The notes under the pieces are model-generated. The model was given only the letters and a program-made list of their open reading frames with translations, was not told where the DNA came from and did no database searches. From Trueperaceae bacterium (GTDB lineage: Bacteria; Deinococcota; Deinococci; Deinococcales; Trueperaceae): DNA of 49,724 nucleotides. This document shows, piece by piece, positions 29,341 to 39,269 of this stretch (position 1 is the first letter of the stretch; the number at the start of each line of letters is the position of its first letter). The position numbers and the translations under genes are program-made. Location of the stretch: contig CBDCDZ010000002.1 of assembly GCA_965215565.1 (NCBI GenBank), positions 1 to 49,724 of the forward strand, written 5' to 3'.

Positions 29341-30246
29341 TCACCAACTGCGCTCCCGCCCCCCAACCTCCCGTACGTCCGCCTCAATAAAGCCGTTGCG
29401 AGAGTCGGTAATCGACTGCGCTTCCCCCAGGATGTCCCGATAGATGATGTCGTCGAGCTCCTCGTCCGTCCGGTAGGTGACGGTGAGGGTGTACACCCAG
29501 CCGTTGACGTCGGGCTGTTGCAGGTAGAAGTGGCGGCGCGGGTACGCTTGTGTCTCCTCTCTGGACTGGGTCTTGCCCCGTACGAACTTATTGTTGTTTT
29601 CGACCCTCAGCCAGAGCACGAGCCGAACCGTCTTCTCGTCGGGGTGCTCCTCCTTTTAGGCGCTGATGATTTTGTGGACGGTGGCGTAGGGTCTGTCTAG
29701 CACCTTAGCGGTCTTCTTGATGGAGCCGTGCTGCCGCCAGGTCTCGATGATGCGCTCCTTGCTAGCGTCGTTCACCGGCGGGCGGCCCAGGTGCTTGCCT
29801 TCTTGTTTTGCTCTTGCCAAACCCGCCTTAACGTTCTCGCTGATGGTGTCGGACTCGAGCTGGGCAAAAGCGGCGGCGACGGTAAAGAAGAAGCGTCCGT
29901 GGCTGGTGGTGTCGATGTTTTCACTGTACGAGACGAAGTCGATGCCCAACGCCTCGAAGTCGCCCAGGGCATTGACCAAGTCCTTGGTCGAGCGGGCGAA
30001 GCGCGAGTAACGGAAGACGAGCAGGGTGTCGAACCTACGCTTGCGGGCGTCGGCCAGCATCCTATTAAAGGCCTCGCGCTTGCCCTTCTTCTCGAAACGG
30101 CCGCTCTCTTTCTCTACGTAGACCTCGAACACGCTCCAGCCCCGCAGCTCGGCGTACTTCTTCAGGGGCAACAGCTGCGTCTCGGGGTTCTGGTCTTTGT
30201 CGCTGGTCGAGACTCGAGCGTAGATGGCGACTTTCCTGGCTGTCAT
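29341..30246 (-). pseudogene. Serine recombinase (resolvase) with HTH and C-terminal extension, split by an in-frame TAA
   Basis: YARVST, SRFARS, GLARAKQEGKHLGRP. TAA at 29656-58 is in frame with the downstream LWLRVENNNKFVRGK...GFIEAD domain. The N-terminal 196 aa could still be expressed. Confidence 0.8.
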
Positions 30247-30392
30247 GGCGGTATCATGAAACGCTCTTTTATGACACCCCTAAAGTCGGCTCGCGCTGTC
30301 CCTTAGATAAGGATTTTTAAGGTGCAGATTTGAGGGGGTTTTGTGATAACCCTGGGTTTTTAGCGCTCTCCTGAATGAAGGTGTTAGCAACA

Positions 30393-30416
30393 GATTCCGC
30401 TAGAATCAGCGGAATC
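30393..30416. repeat. Perfect 9-bp inverted repeat (terminator or res-site subsite candidate)
   Basis: GATTCCGCT-agaatc-AGCGGAATC, between the VWA gene end and the resolvase start. Confidence 0.45.
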
Positions 30417-30467
30417 ATAGTTTTACGAAACCGGCTGTCCGTTCTCCCGGGTATGAGCAGTGCGCGT

Positions 30468-33400
30468 TCAAGGGTTGGGTACGCGCACTTGACTGTTTCC
30501 TTCCGCCTGTACCTGAACTTCAAACGCGTCTCTCGCTCCGTTGAGTAAGCGCACGGTGTAGCGTCCGGCGGGGAGGGCGACGCCTTCATCGTCCACCACG
30601 CCTTGGGCTACCAGGTTGTTTTCGGCGTCCAAGACCTCGTAGGGGAGGACGGTCGCCGCTTGCTCGAGGGACGCAGCTAGCGCCTCAGCCGAGTTCGCGT
30701 CATAGTACCGCCCCCCGCCCAGCTCGGCCCAGCGCTCGAACGTCTCGCGGGCTGCCTCGCGGTCGGACGCGTCGAAGTCGAAGCCGATAACGTTGAGGAC
30801 CACGTCGACGCCAGCACCCCGCAAAGTGCTGATCGCCCTCTCGACATCGCCGCCACAGGACTCTTCACCGTCGGTAATGAGGATGACGGTTCTCGGACCC
30901 ATCACTCCGGCTAGGTCGTCACCGACCTGCTCGAGTGACGCGGCGATGGGCGTGCCCGAGAAGGGTTGAGGTTCGATGCCCGCGATCGTTGCATTCACAA
31001 CAGCCGCGTCGAGCGGACCGAGCGGCACCTCCAGATCGGTGCGGCAGCTCTCGGCCTCGCGGTTGCCGAACACACGCAAGGCAAAGGGCGTCCCGGCGGG
31101 CAGGGTTTCGCCGACCAGATCGCTCAGAACGTCTACCGCGATCTGATAACGGAAGCGCTCATCCAAGCGCTTATACATGCTACCGGACGCGTCCAGAATG
31201 ATTTCGATAGCGCCGCCTATTTCCCCGCGGCTCTCCTCGCTACTCGCTTCACCAGCCTCACGGACGACCCTCAGCCTGCCGGGGCCGCGCTCTACCGCCA
31301 GGGCACGAGCAGACAGCGTATAGGTTTTGGGGCGGCGCAGCAAGCAGCTAGCTCGGGCGAAGCCCACATCCAAGTCGCCCGTACCGGCGACCGCCTCGTA
31401 GCGCCCACGGCCCGCATCCGCCCAGGCTTGCATTAAGTCTTGCGGGTCAGCGTTGCCGCCGCTGGAAATCTCGAAGGTGAACACGCGCGGCTTGACCTCG
31501 CCCAGGCTCTGCCAGAGCGCGTCGGTCAAGTTGTAGCCGCCCGATTCTGCGTCGGTAATGAACAAAACGGCGCGGGTGCCCGAGCGTGCGCCCAACATGT
31601 CGGTAACGCCCAGCAAGCTCGGCTCAGCGTTCGACGACGCGTGCCGACGGTCGTAGGTGCCCAGCGCACGTAACACCTCGAAGGACGAACCAGTCATCCG
31701 GGGCATGAGGTAGTACGGGGCATCGTTACCGAAGACCGCCAGGGCCACCTCTTCGCGCCCCACCTGGATATCTTGCGAAAAACGTTCCAGCGCGCCGTAG
31801 ACGGTGTTGCGATAAGGTCCCATGCTGCCCGAATTGTCCCAGACGAACGCGACCGAGCGCGGCGGCTCTTCAATCTCGAGATAGTAGTCCCCCGGCACGA
31901 CCTCCGCTTGTAAAACGACGCGCGAGGCGGTTTCTTCGGCGGTGGTGTAGCTGACCGCTCGCCCCTCTGTATCTTCGAGCCTAAAGCTGTATTCGATGCT
32001 CGGGCTGCCCGTGAGGCTGAGCTCGAGCACGTTCTGCCCTTCCGGCACCGTGACGACGTACCAATCTTCATCCTCGGCGATGGCGACGGTGTCGCTGAGC
32101 GGGGTTCCTAAAACGAGCGGGGTAGCGCGCTCACGGCTGTTGTTGTCGTCTTGTTCGACCACGTCCGGGCTCGCTGTAGGCGGGTGTTGCCACTCATACA
32201 CCGCGTCGCGGCTGTAAAAACCCCATTCGGTCAAGATGGAGCGGTAATCGTCGGCCTGATGCTCGAAAACCCGTAACGTTTCAGGCAGGTCGTGCGTGCT
32301 GCGAGGCTCCAAGCCCGTCGCCTCGAAGCGGATATAACGCGCCCATGCGGGCGCTTCGAGCTGTAGGGGCGTCACCTCGGGGACCCCGTTTGCATCTTCC
32401 GTGGGCGAGCGTTCCAGCACCCAGGACGTCAGCGGCGTCCACGGTCCCGTGGGACTCTCCAAACTCACCGCTACGTCGACACGCTCGATACGCTCCTCCT
32501 CGCTGCTGCGGAGAGAGTCGACCCACTCGAGCGCCGCGATTCGAGCCGCGCGGTTGTGGTGAAAGCCGACGACCCAACTCAGCGCGGTCTGCTCGGGCTC
32601 GAGCCGCACCGACGGGTTGTCGCCCCCCTCACCTTCGGGGGTTTCGCTGAGGATGGGGTGGCCGCCCCCCATAAGCGGACGGGACCAGACGACCTGTCCG
32701 CCCAAGCGCGGGTCGGCTAGGTTGACGCGCGCAAGCGGGCTGTCCGGGCTGAGCAGCTTGAATTCACCCAGATTCGCATCGTCGTTCGGCCGCCCGTCTT
32801 GCCTGCTGACAAAACGGATGCCGACGAAGCGCGCTCGCACCGGCTCAGCAAAAATAAACGCCTGTTCCTGACGCACCGCGCTCAGCCTGCCTCGGTAGAC
32901 CGTCTCGAAGGTCTCGTCGTCCAAAGACGCGAGGATTTTAAACTCGGCGAGCTGCCGCCCGCTCTCCTGACGAGCGAGCGGGTGCAGCAAGGCCCCGGTC
33001 AAGGTTACGGGGTCGTCCCCCGCCAAGTCGAAGTAAACGACCTCGCCTTGCGTGTGGAGCGCTCCGGTGGCAGGCGACGCACGTCCGTCCAGCAGCTCTC
33101 TGTCACGAGCGCTCGCCTCACCCCGTTCGACGACGTCGGCCCCGAAGGCGTGAGCCAGCACGTTCCACTGCCCGAGAAGGGTGTCGGGAACGGACCAGTA
33201 CGGCCGACCCCGGACCGGCGGCACCTCGCAGACGGGGGCGAGGGCCACCCGGGTCGAGGCGGTGGAGCCGTTGCCCTTCGCGCCGACACTTAGGGTGATA
33301 GGCGTGTCGTCACGCAGGTCGGCCGCAAAAAGAAGCGTCACGGGGAACCGCTCCTCGCTACCTGGCTCGAGCCTTATTCGCTCCGGCAGCTCACGGATTT

Positions 33401-35900
33401 GCACGGCGGCGTCGGTGCTGTGCCACAGCAAATCCACCTCTTCGGCGTTCGTACCGTCGTTGGCGAGTTGCAACGTTCCTGTGAGCGCCTGAGCTTGATG
33501 CCAATAGGCGGCGACGTCGGTGCTGTCGAAATTCAGCTCGAGGGAGACCGGCGACTCCGCTGTCTCAAGCTCCGCCGCTTCAGCTTCCGCTTTCTCAGAC
33601 GAGGACGCGCCCCCGAGCGCGAGCGTCAGCTGGTAGGCCCCGTTCCCGCGCAGCCGCAGGGCGGTGGGCGTGCCCGCGGGAAGGACAAAAGTGAACCGTT
33701 TACGGTCGTCGGATGTTTCGGGGTCGGGGAGTCGAGCGTCGGCGCTTAAGTCGAAAAGAGAAACACTGCCCAGCTGGTTGTCCTCTCGTGGGTCTTCATC
33801 TATAGTAACTGTCAGCGTTTGGTCCGTGTCGAAGACGGGCAGGGCGAACCAGTCATCGTCTTCCTGTTCGCCTAGATAACCCTTCAATACGCTCGGCACC
33901 GAGACGGGCGTGGCTTGATAGGGCTGGTTGTTGGGCTCGAGGTCGACAGGCAGGTCGACTGAGTCGAGGTGCTCTAAACTCAACCTATAGTAGCCGTCAC
34001 TCGGCGCGGCGGCCCGCAGGGTGAGGTAGTAGTCTCCTGCCATGAGCCACAGGTCGCTCTGCGCCGCGCTTGTGTCGGGGCGCATCGTGGTGCGGCCATA
34101 GCCGCTGAGGTCGAAAAAGACCTCGCCATCCTCCGGTGGAATCGCCGTCAAGCGCACGTACTGGTCGTTCTGCAGGGAAAAACGGTAGAGGTCGTAATCT
34201 TGCGTCGTACTGAGGATACCTACCCGGGTTTCACCGACGCGAAGGGGTTCGGCGCGTGTCTCGTGATCGTTGGGCTCGCGCTCGAGTACGCCGGGCGGCG
34301 GCGGGATGACGACGGTGATGTCGTCTCTAGTGGCTTCACCGGGAGTTTCTGTGTCAGACGTGTCGGTTTCCGCGCCGTCGGCTGCCCCACTCGCTGCTTG
34401 CGGCTCGAGGTCGGCCTCACCGAGCGAAAGAACCCGCAGGGCGTACTCGCTGTCCGCGCCGTCGAGTTCGATGATATGCTCCCCCGGCAAAAGCACCAGA
34501 TTATCGATTCGGGTGCGCCGGTCGTCCGCGGCCAAACTGTAGACAGCCGTACCCCCGCCGTCGTAGACCGTGATGTCGTTGAGATTTTCGGCCAGCACCT
34601 GGATGCGAAAGCGTTGCGGTGAGGGTACAGTGAAGCTGAAAAAGTCGAAGTCTCGCCCGCGCATCTCGCCGCGCACCTGCAAGGCTTCGCCCAGCGGTGT
34701 GGCGTAGCTCGCCAGGTTGTTCGGTTCGACCTCGAAACCTGCCGCGGGCGCTTCGCCGGGAACGAGCTGTAAGCGGTAGTCCAGGTCCTGCTGCGCGCCC
34801 TCGAGCCGCAGGTAATAAGTGCCCGCTTCGAAAAAGGCGTCGCTTATGACGGGGCTTTTAGCGTCGAGAGCGATGAGCAGCTCGTCCGCCTCGTTCCAAA
34901 GGGCCAAGTAGGCTGCGTCTGCCAAGCCGGGGTCGATGGAGTAAAAGCTGGGTTCTGGCAGTGTGAAGCGAAAGTCGTCGCGCTCCCCCTGCCGCAGGGT
35001 GCCCGAGATACCTTCCAAGGGGTCGAAGCTGTTCGCTTGGTCGGCGTTGTCGTTGGGCTCACGTTCCGCGCCCTCGGTGCGCGTGCCCTGGGCGAGCGTC
35101 TGTAAAACATACCGCGCCCGCTCCTCGGCCGCAGGGCTCAACACGAAGGTGTAGGTGTCCGGCTCGAGGGCCAAGTCGGAGCGCTCGATGGAACCATCGT
35201 CCGCTCGCAAATCGAGAAGCTCCTCGCCCGAACTGCTGTAGAGTTTCAGCGTGAGGTCCTGCCCGACCTGAGCCTGGGCGCCAAGGTGCCACAGCTGCGC
35301 GGCGGCTTCCTCGTCGAGCGTCCAGCGGTGGTAGTCGACGCTGCCCTGCAAATCCCCCTGCAAACCGAAAGCGCCCACCTGCTCTCTAGCGTCTTCGGTC
35401 GAGTCGTTGGGCTCGCGGTCCTGGTTACCCGGAAGGCTCGGCTCGGCCAAGGCGAGCTCGAGCTCGTAACGACCCTCGCCGCCGCTTTTGGAAACGCCGA
35501 GGTAGTACGTGCCTTCGCTCAAAAGTAGCGGTTCGGAACTCGTGCGCTCGCCTGTGCTCGTGCCGAAGGCGAACAAATTCTCGTGGTCCGTCACGCCTGT
35601 GCCGTCTTCGGTAAAGGTCAGTTTGAGCAAGTCTACGCGGGTAAGCTGTTCAGGTATCCCGGTGACGGTCAAAACGACGCGGCGGTGACGCAGGTCGGCC
35701 TCGGTGAGGGTCAAGCGGTAGCTGTCTTGGTCGCTGGCCGCCATATCGCCCACCACGCACCCGAGCCCGGTGAAGCTGCTGGCTTCAAGTGGCGTGTCGT
35801 TGGGTTCTTGCTCGAGCGTGCAACGCTGGGCAAAGGCTGTCGTCCAGAAAAACAGGCTGATAACTATACAGCTCATCAGTTTCAAGCTTTTCCTGGTCAT
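30468..35900 (-). CDS. Large secreted protein with PPC-like repeats, a discoidin-like domain and two VWA domains
   Basis: Signal peptide ending TAFAQ, six E.EPN[DN] repeats, and two MIDAS motifs (WDNSGSM...ITD and LDASGSM...ITDGEESC). Alternative start GTG 35984. Confidence 0.85.
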   Translation of the reverse strand: MTRKSLKLMSCIVISLFFWTTAFAQRCTLEQEPNDTPLEASSFTGLGCVVGDMAASDQDSYRLTLTEADLRHRRVVLTVTGIPEQLTRVDLLKLTFTEDGTGVTDHENLFAFGTSTGERTSSEPLLLSEGTYYLGVSKSGGEGRYELELALAEPSLPGNQDREPNDSTEDAREQVGAFGLQGDLQGSVDYHRWTLDEEAAAQLWHLGAQAQVGQDLTLKLYSSSGEELLDLRADDGSIERSDLALEPDTYTFVLSPAAEERARYVLQTLAQGTRTEGAEREPNDNADQANSFDPLEGISGTLRQGERDDFRFTLPEPSFYSIDPGLADAAYLALWNEADELLIALDAKSPVISDAFFEAGTYYLRLEGAQQDLDYRLQLVPGEAPAAGFEVEPNNLASYATPLGEALQVRGEMRGRDFDFFSFTVPSPQRFRIQVLAENLNDITVYDGGGTAVYSLAADDRRTRIDNLVLLPGEHIIELDGADSEYALRVLSLGEADLEPQAASGAADGAETDTSDTETPGEATRDDITVVIPPPPGVLEREPNDHETRAEPLRVGETRVGILSTTQDYDLYRFSLQNDQYVRLTAIPPEDGEVFFDLSGYGRTTMRPDTSAAQSDLWLMAGDYYLTLRAAAPSDGYYRLSLEHLDSVDLPVDLEPNNQPYQATPVSVPSVLKGYLGEQEDDDWFALPVFDTDQTLTVTIDEDPREDNQLGSVSLFDLSADARLPDPETSDDRKRFTFVLPAGTPTALRLRGNGAYQLTLALGGASSSEKAEAEAAELETAESPVSLELNFDSTDVAAYWHQAQALTGTLQLANDGTNAEEVDLLWHSTDAAVQIRELPERIRLEPGSEERFPVTLLFAADLRDDTPITLSVGAKGNGSTASTRVALAPVCEVPPVRGRPYWSVPDTLLGQWNVLAHAFGADVVERGEASARDRELLDGRASPATGALHTQGEVVYFDLAGDDPVTLTGALLHPLARQESGRQLAEFKILASLDDETFETVYRGRLSAVRQEQAFIFAEPVRARFVGIRFVSRQDGRPNDDANLGEFKLLSPDSPLARVNLADPRLGGQVVWSRPLMGGGHPILSETPEGEGGDNPSVRLEPEQTALSWVVGFHHNRAARIAALEWVDSLRSSEEERIERVDVAVSLESPTGPWTPLTSWVLERSPTEDANGVPEVTPLQLEAPAWARYIRFEATGLEPRSTHDLPETLRVFEHQADDYRSILTEWGFYSRDAVYEWQHPPTASPDVVEQDDNNSRERATPLVLGTPLSDTVAIAEDEDWYVVTVPEGQNVLELSLTGSPSIEYSFRLEDTEGRAVSYTTAEETASRVVLQAEVVPGDYYLEIEEPPRSVAFVWDNSGSMGPYRNTVYGALERFSQDIQVGREEVALAVFGNDAPYYLMPRMTGSSFEVLRALGTYDRRHASSNAEPSLLGVTDMLGARSGTRAVLFITDAESGGYNLTDALWQSLGEVKPRVFTFEISSGGNADPQDLMQAWADAGRGRYEAVAGTGDLDVGFARASCLLRRPKTYTLSARALAVERGPGRLRVVREAGEASSEESRGEIGGAIEIILDASGSMYKRLDERFRYQIAVDVLSDLVGETLPAGTPFALRVFGNREAESCRTDLEVPLGPLDAAVVNATIAGIEPQPFSGTPIAASLEQVGDDLAGVMGPRTVILITDGEESCGGDVERAISTLRGAGVDVVLNVIGFDFDASDREAARETFERWAELGGGRYYDANSAEALAASLEQAATVLPYEVLDAENNLVAQGVVDDEGVALPAGRYTVRLLNGARDAFEVQVQAEGNSQVRVPNP

Positions 35901-36393
35901 AAATAGCTCCAGAATAAACCCACGCGCTTTAGACCTTTCGGTAAAAGCCGAAGCCCAGCTTCTTGCCTTGGGCAGTCCGTTCACATAACACCTCCTTGGA
36001 GGTCGGGCGCTTGAGTGGTGCCGACTTGAGGCGTGGCTGAATATGAAACCTAATACAGCGCTATACTAGCACGTCAAGAGACCGTCCGCTCGAGCCAATC
36101 AGGACCAGGGTGCAGCCCCGAATTGTCGGATAAACGGTGGGGGATGTTTGGCGGAACTTTGAGTCACCGCGTCTGCGACGCAACTTCAGGTTGGGTTAAC
36201 CTGCCCTCCGACGGGGTTTAGCCTCATCTGGCTGTCAAATAAATCCGCGCATCGGCCCCTCGCGCGAGGGTACAAGCCACGGCTTTTACGCCCTGTAGGA
36301 GCCTCCATTTAACGTTTATGCCATTTTACCATGTCCCAATTGCTTAGAACTATCCGCCCACTTTAGGGGTACATCCTCAAGATTACATTTGGC

Positions 36394-36423
36394 TTGACAT
36401 CATTGATTTTTACGTACTATAGT
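36394..36423 (+). promoter_or_regulatory. Sigma70-type promoter candidate
   Basis: TTGACA (36394-99), 18-nt spacer, TATAGT (36418-23), in the AT-rich divergent intergenic region. Confidence 0.5.
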
Positions 36424-36783
36424 TTGACAACGACTTCGTTAATTGATCTCGTTGAGATGGGTGCTTTGCAGTGCGGTTGAATTTTACAGCCTTGGCGGCT
36501 TCCCCAGCGACTGCCCCTGCACCTTCACCGAGGCTAGCATCGGGTACTGGACCACGTCGAGCATGTTCGAGAACGTCTCCTCACTAGGGGGGTTACCTTA
36601 ATCAGCGTAAAGTACCTCAACGAAGACATCTACCGCGTCGAAGGCACCTTCCGCGGTACGCTGACGTTTCAGGAGAGCGCTTTTGAGACGGGCGACCCGA
36701 ACGCTTAGAGGCTGAGGGAAGTTTTGCGGTCGAGCGGTTTGTGAATTTTGCCGCGGGCGAGTAGATGGGAAGGAAAGTCGGAC

Positions 36784-39231
36784 ATGAACGAAGCTGTGAA
36801 GGCGAAAATAGCTCGGACTTTCCATCTTTTTCTACACGACCCGCGCTCACGGACGCGGCGGATGTTTTGGGAGTTGGGAAAACGCGCCGTAGTAGCTGTG
36901 CTCCTGCTTGGAATGTTAATGCTGAGCCCCGGCGCGCCGCAGTTCGTGATGGCGCAGGTGCAGCCTGACCCCTACGAAGAGGCCCTTGCCAAGCTCGACC
37001 GCTTTATGGAGCTGTTGGAGGAATTGCGGGACCAGATTGACCGAACGCAGTTCGACGTAGACGCACTCTCCTTCGAGCTGGCTTTTGAAGAGCCGGATAC
37101 CATTGTGGAGTGGGTGCGGGAGAACATCGCCTTTGAGCAGTACCCAGGACTGCTGCGGGGGCCGCAGGGAACGCTGATGAGCCGAGCGGGGAATGCGCTG
37201 GATCAGGCGGTGTTGCTGGCGAATTTGTTGAATGATGCGGGGTATGAGGCACGAGTGGTTCGGTCAACACTAACGCCTCAGCAGGCACAGAGCTTGCTTT
37301 CCGAGTTGAACCACTCTATTCCGCCTGAACCTCCTGTTGGTGACCTTGAAGCCATCGATTCAACTCTCACGATGATTGCAAATTTGGCAGACCTACCTGC
37401 GAGTGAAACGGCGGGCGCGCTCGACTCTCTGCTCGGTAGTCCCAATGCTCCTGAAGGACTTGTGGAGCTAGCGGAGCGAGAGACCGCTTTGCTACTCGCA
37501 CACCTGGAGCCGCAGCAGGCACTGGCTGCTTCCACGCAAATTACAGATGTCTGGCAAACAGAAGCACAGGATTATTTTTACGTTGAGTACAGGATGGATA
37601 CCTCGGAGGCATGGCATTTTAGCCATCCGGTATTTAAAATTGTCCCGGAGAGCTTCCTCGCACTGGTAAATGCGGAGTCCTTTGAGGGTCAAATTCCAGT
37701 AGACCTTCAGCATCGCTTTCGCTTTGAGGTCATGATCGAGCAGCGCCTCGGAGAGCAGGTCAAGGTACACTCGTTATTTCCCGCCTGGGAACGTCCCGCA
37801 GCTAATCTCACAGGCATCCCCCTTACCTACACCAATGTACCAAACAATTTGGAGGAATTAAGGGAGCAACCGGACGCATCGGTTTTAGAAGCGGCAACTA
37901 TATTTGCTCCTGTACTCAATGGTCAACTGCCGGCTAGTGGACAGTTCTTTGATCTCGACGGCAATGTTGTCGACCCGGAAGCCGCAAGCTCACCGGCGGC
38001 TGGCGTCTTCCAGAATGTTGGAAACGCTTTTGGTAACGCGTCTGGCGCTATTGCGGGTTCAGAGAATCCAGAGGATTATGTTGCTCTTGCATCGCAGTGG
38101 CTGCAGTTTACGCTGATTGCTCCCAGCGGACACGAAACGGTTTTTCGACGCTCAGTTGTAAACCGTTTCAATGTTGAGGAGCCGTTCGATGAGGACAAGC
38201 CTGGAGCAGCAGAGCAAACGATTGAGGAAGCGGTGCGCCTTTTAACTGCTGAACATACTTTCATGCTGGCTACCGGAACAATTCCCGAAGCGTTCGTTCT
38301 CGATTCGCTGCTTGCAAAGCTCATCGCTCTACGCGTTCCGCTCGAGGTTGCGCTGGCACGTCAGCATGGAAGGGTATTAGAGCTTTCAGATAACGTGCTC
38401 GCAGAGGTTGATCTGACCTGGGCCGGGCACCTAGCGCTGTACACCACGTTTGATCTTCCTTTACCAGGCAAGGACCGCCAATATCGGCACGAGCCCTCAC
38501 TTGTAGTTAGAACTCAGGAACTTCCGATTTGGGACGAGGTAAAAGCAACTATTGACGTTGTAAATAATGCTCGTCGTTCCTATGTGGTGCGGGACGGGCA
38601 ATGGAGCGTTGCCGCTCCACAACTTGTGAGGCGTGGTGTTTGGGAAACGGTCACAGAAGGGAGCGTCCTGCCTCCCTCACAGAAGACGGTGAATACGGTG
38701 CGCGTATTTGAACAGGCGCGAGAGCAGGGGATCCCAATCCAGGTTCTTCGGCCGGAACAACGCGACCAGGCACCCGCTCTCGACCTGCCCGCTTCGGCCC
38801 GAGCGGCGATCAATCGGGATCTGGAGTACGGTTTCATGGTTGTCGTCCCGGAGCGCCTCCCCGATAATGTCTCCCTCGCCGGCTGGTGGCGCGTGAACCC
38901 TGTTGACGGCGAGACGCTGGGAATGATCGGTGATGGTCGTGGGGGTGAGACCGCGGAGTACTCGACGCTCCTGAAGCTTATCTCCGGCACCCTTCTTGTG
39001 GTGATCGGAACTTCGCTCTGCATGATATACGTTGCAGAGCGAGGCAAGGATGGCAACAACATATTTACTTGTCTAGGAATATCGACCGCCGCTGTCATGG
39101 CACCTTATAACGTTATAGCCGGGTTTTTACTCGGAACTTTAATCGCTGTAATTGATATTGAAGTGGATTTTGAGGTTCTTGAACTTGAAGAGGACTGTCC
39201 ACCAAACTCGATATGTATGCCACCAAAATGA
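36784..39231 (+). CDS. Secreted transglutaminase-like domain protein with a hydrophobic C-terminal tail
   Basis: Signal-like segment ending VMAQ; WVRENIAFEQYPGLLRGPQGTL..RAGNALDQAVLLA; WWRVNPVDGETLG..GRGG followed by hydrophobic helices. Start uncertain (36784 or 36862). Confidence 0.7.
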   Translation: MNEAVKAKIARTFHLFLHDPRSRTRRMFWELGKRAVVAVLLLGMLMLSPGAPQFVMAQVQPDPYEEALAKLDRFMELLEELRDQIDRTQFDVDALSFELAFEEPDTIVEWVRENIAFEQYPGLLRGPQGTLMSRAGNALDQAVLLANLLNDAGYEARVVRSTLTPQQAQSLLSELNHSIPPEPPVGDLEAIDSTLTMIANLADLPASETAGALDSLLGSPNAPEGLVELAERETALLLAHLEPQQALAASTQITDVWQTEAQDYFYVEYRMDTSEAWHFSHPVFKIVPESFLALVNAESFEGQIPVDLQHRFRFEVMIEQRLGEQVKVHSLFPAWERPAANLTGIPLTYTNVPNNLEELREQPDASVLEAATIFAPVLNGQLPASGQFFDLDGNVVDPEAASSPAAGVFQNVGNAFGNASGAIAGSENPEDYVALASQWLQFTLIAPSGHETVFRRSVVNRFNVEEPFDEDKPGAAEQTIEEAVRLLTAEHTFMLATGTIPEAFVLDSLLAKLIALRVPLEVALARQHGRVLELSDNVLAEVDLTWAGHLALYTTFDLPLPGKDRQYRHEPSLVVRTQELPIWDEVKATIDVVNNARRSYVVRDGQWSVAAPQLVRRGVWETVTEGSVLPPSQKTVNTVRVFEQAREQGIPIQVLRPEQRDQAPALDLPASARAAINRDLEYGFMVVVPERLPDNVSLAGWWRVNPVDGETLGMIGDGRGGETAEYSTLLKLISGTLLVVIGTSLCMIYVAERGKDGNNIFTCLGISTAAVMAPYNVIAGFLLGTLIAVIDIEVDFEVLELEEDCPPNSICMPPK

Positions 39232-39269
39232 GTTGAACATGGTGGGGCATGTATTTGTTACCTACTGTC

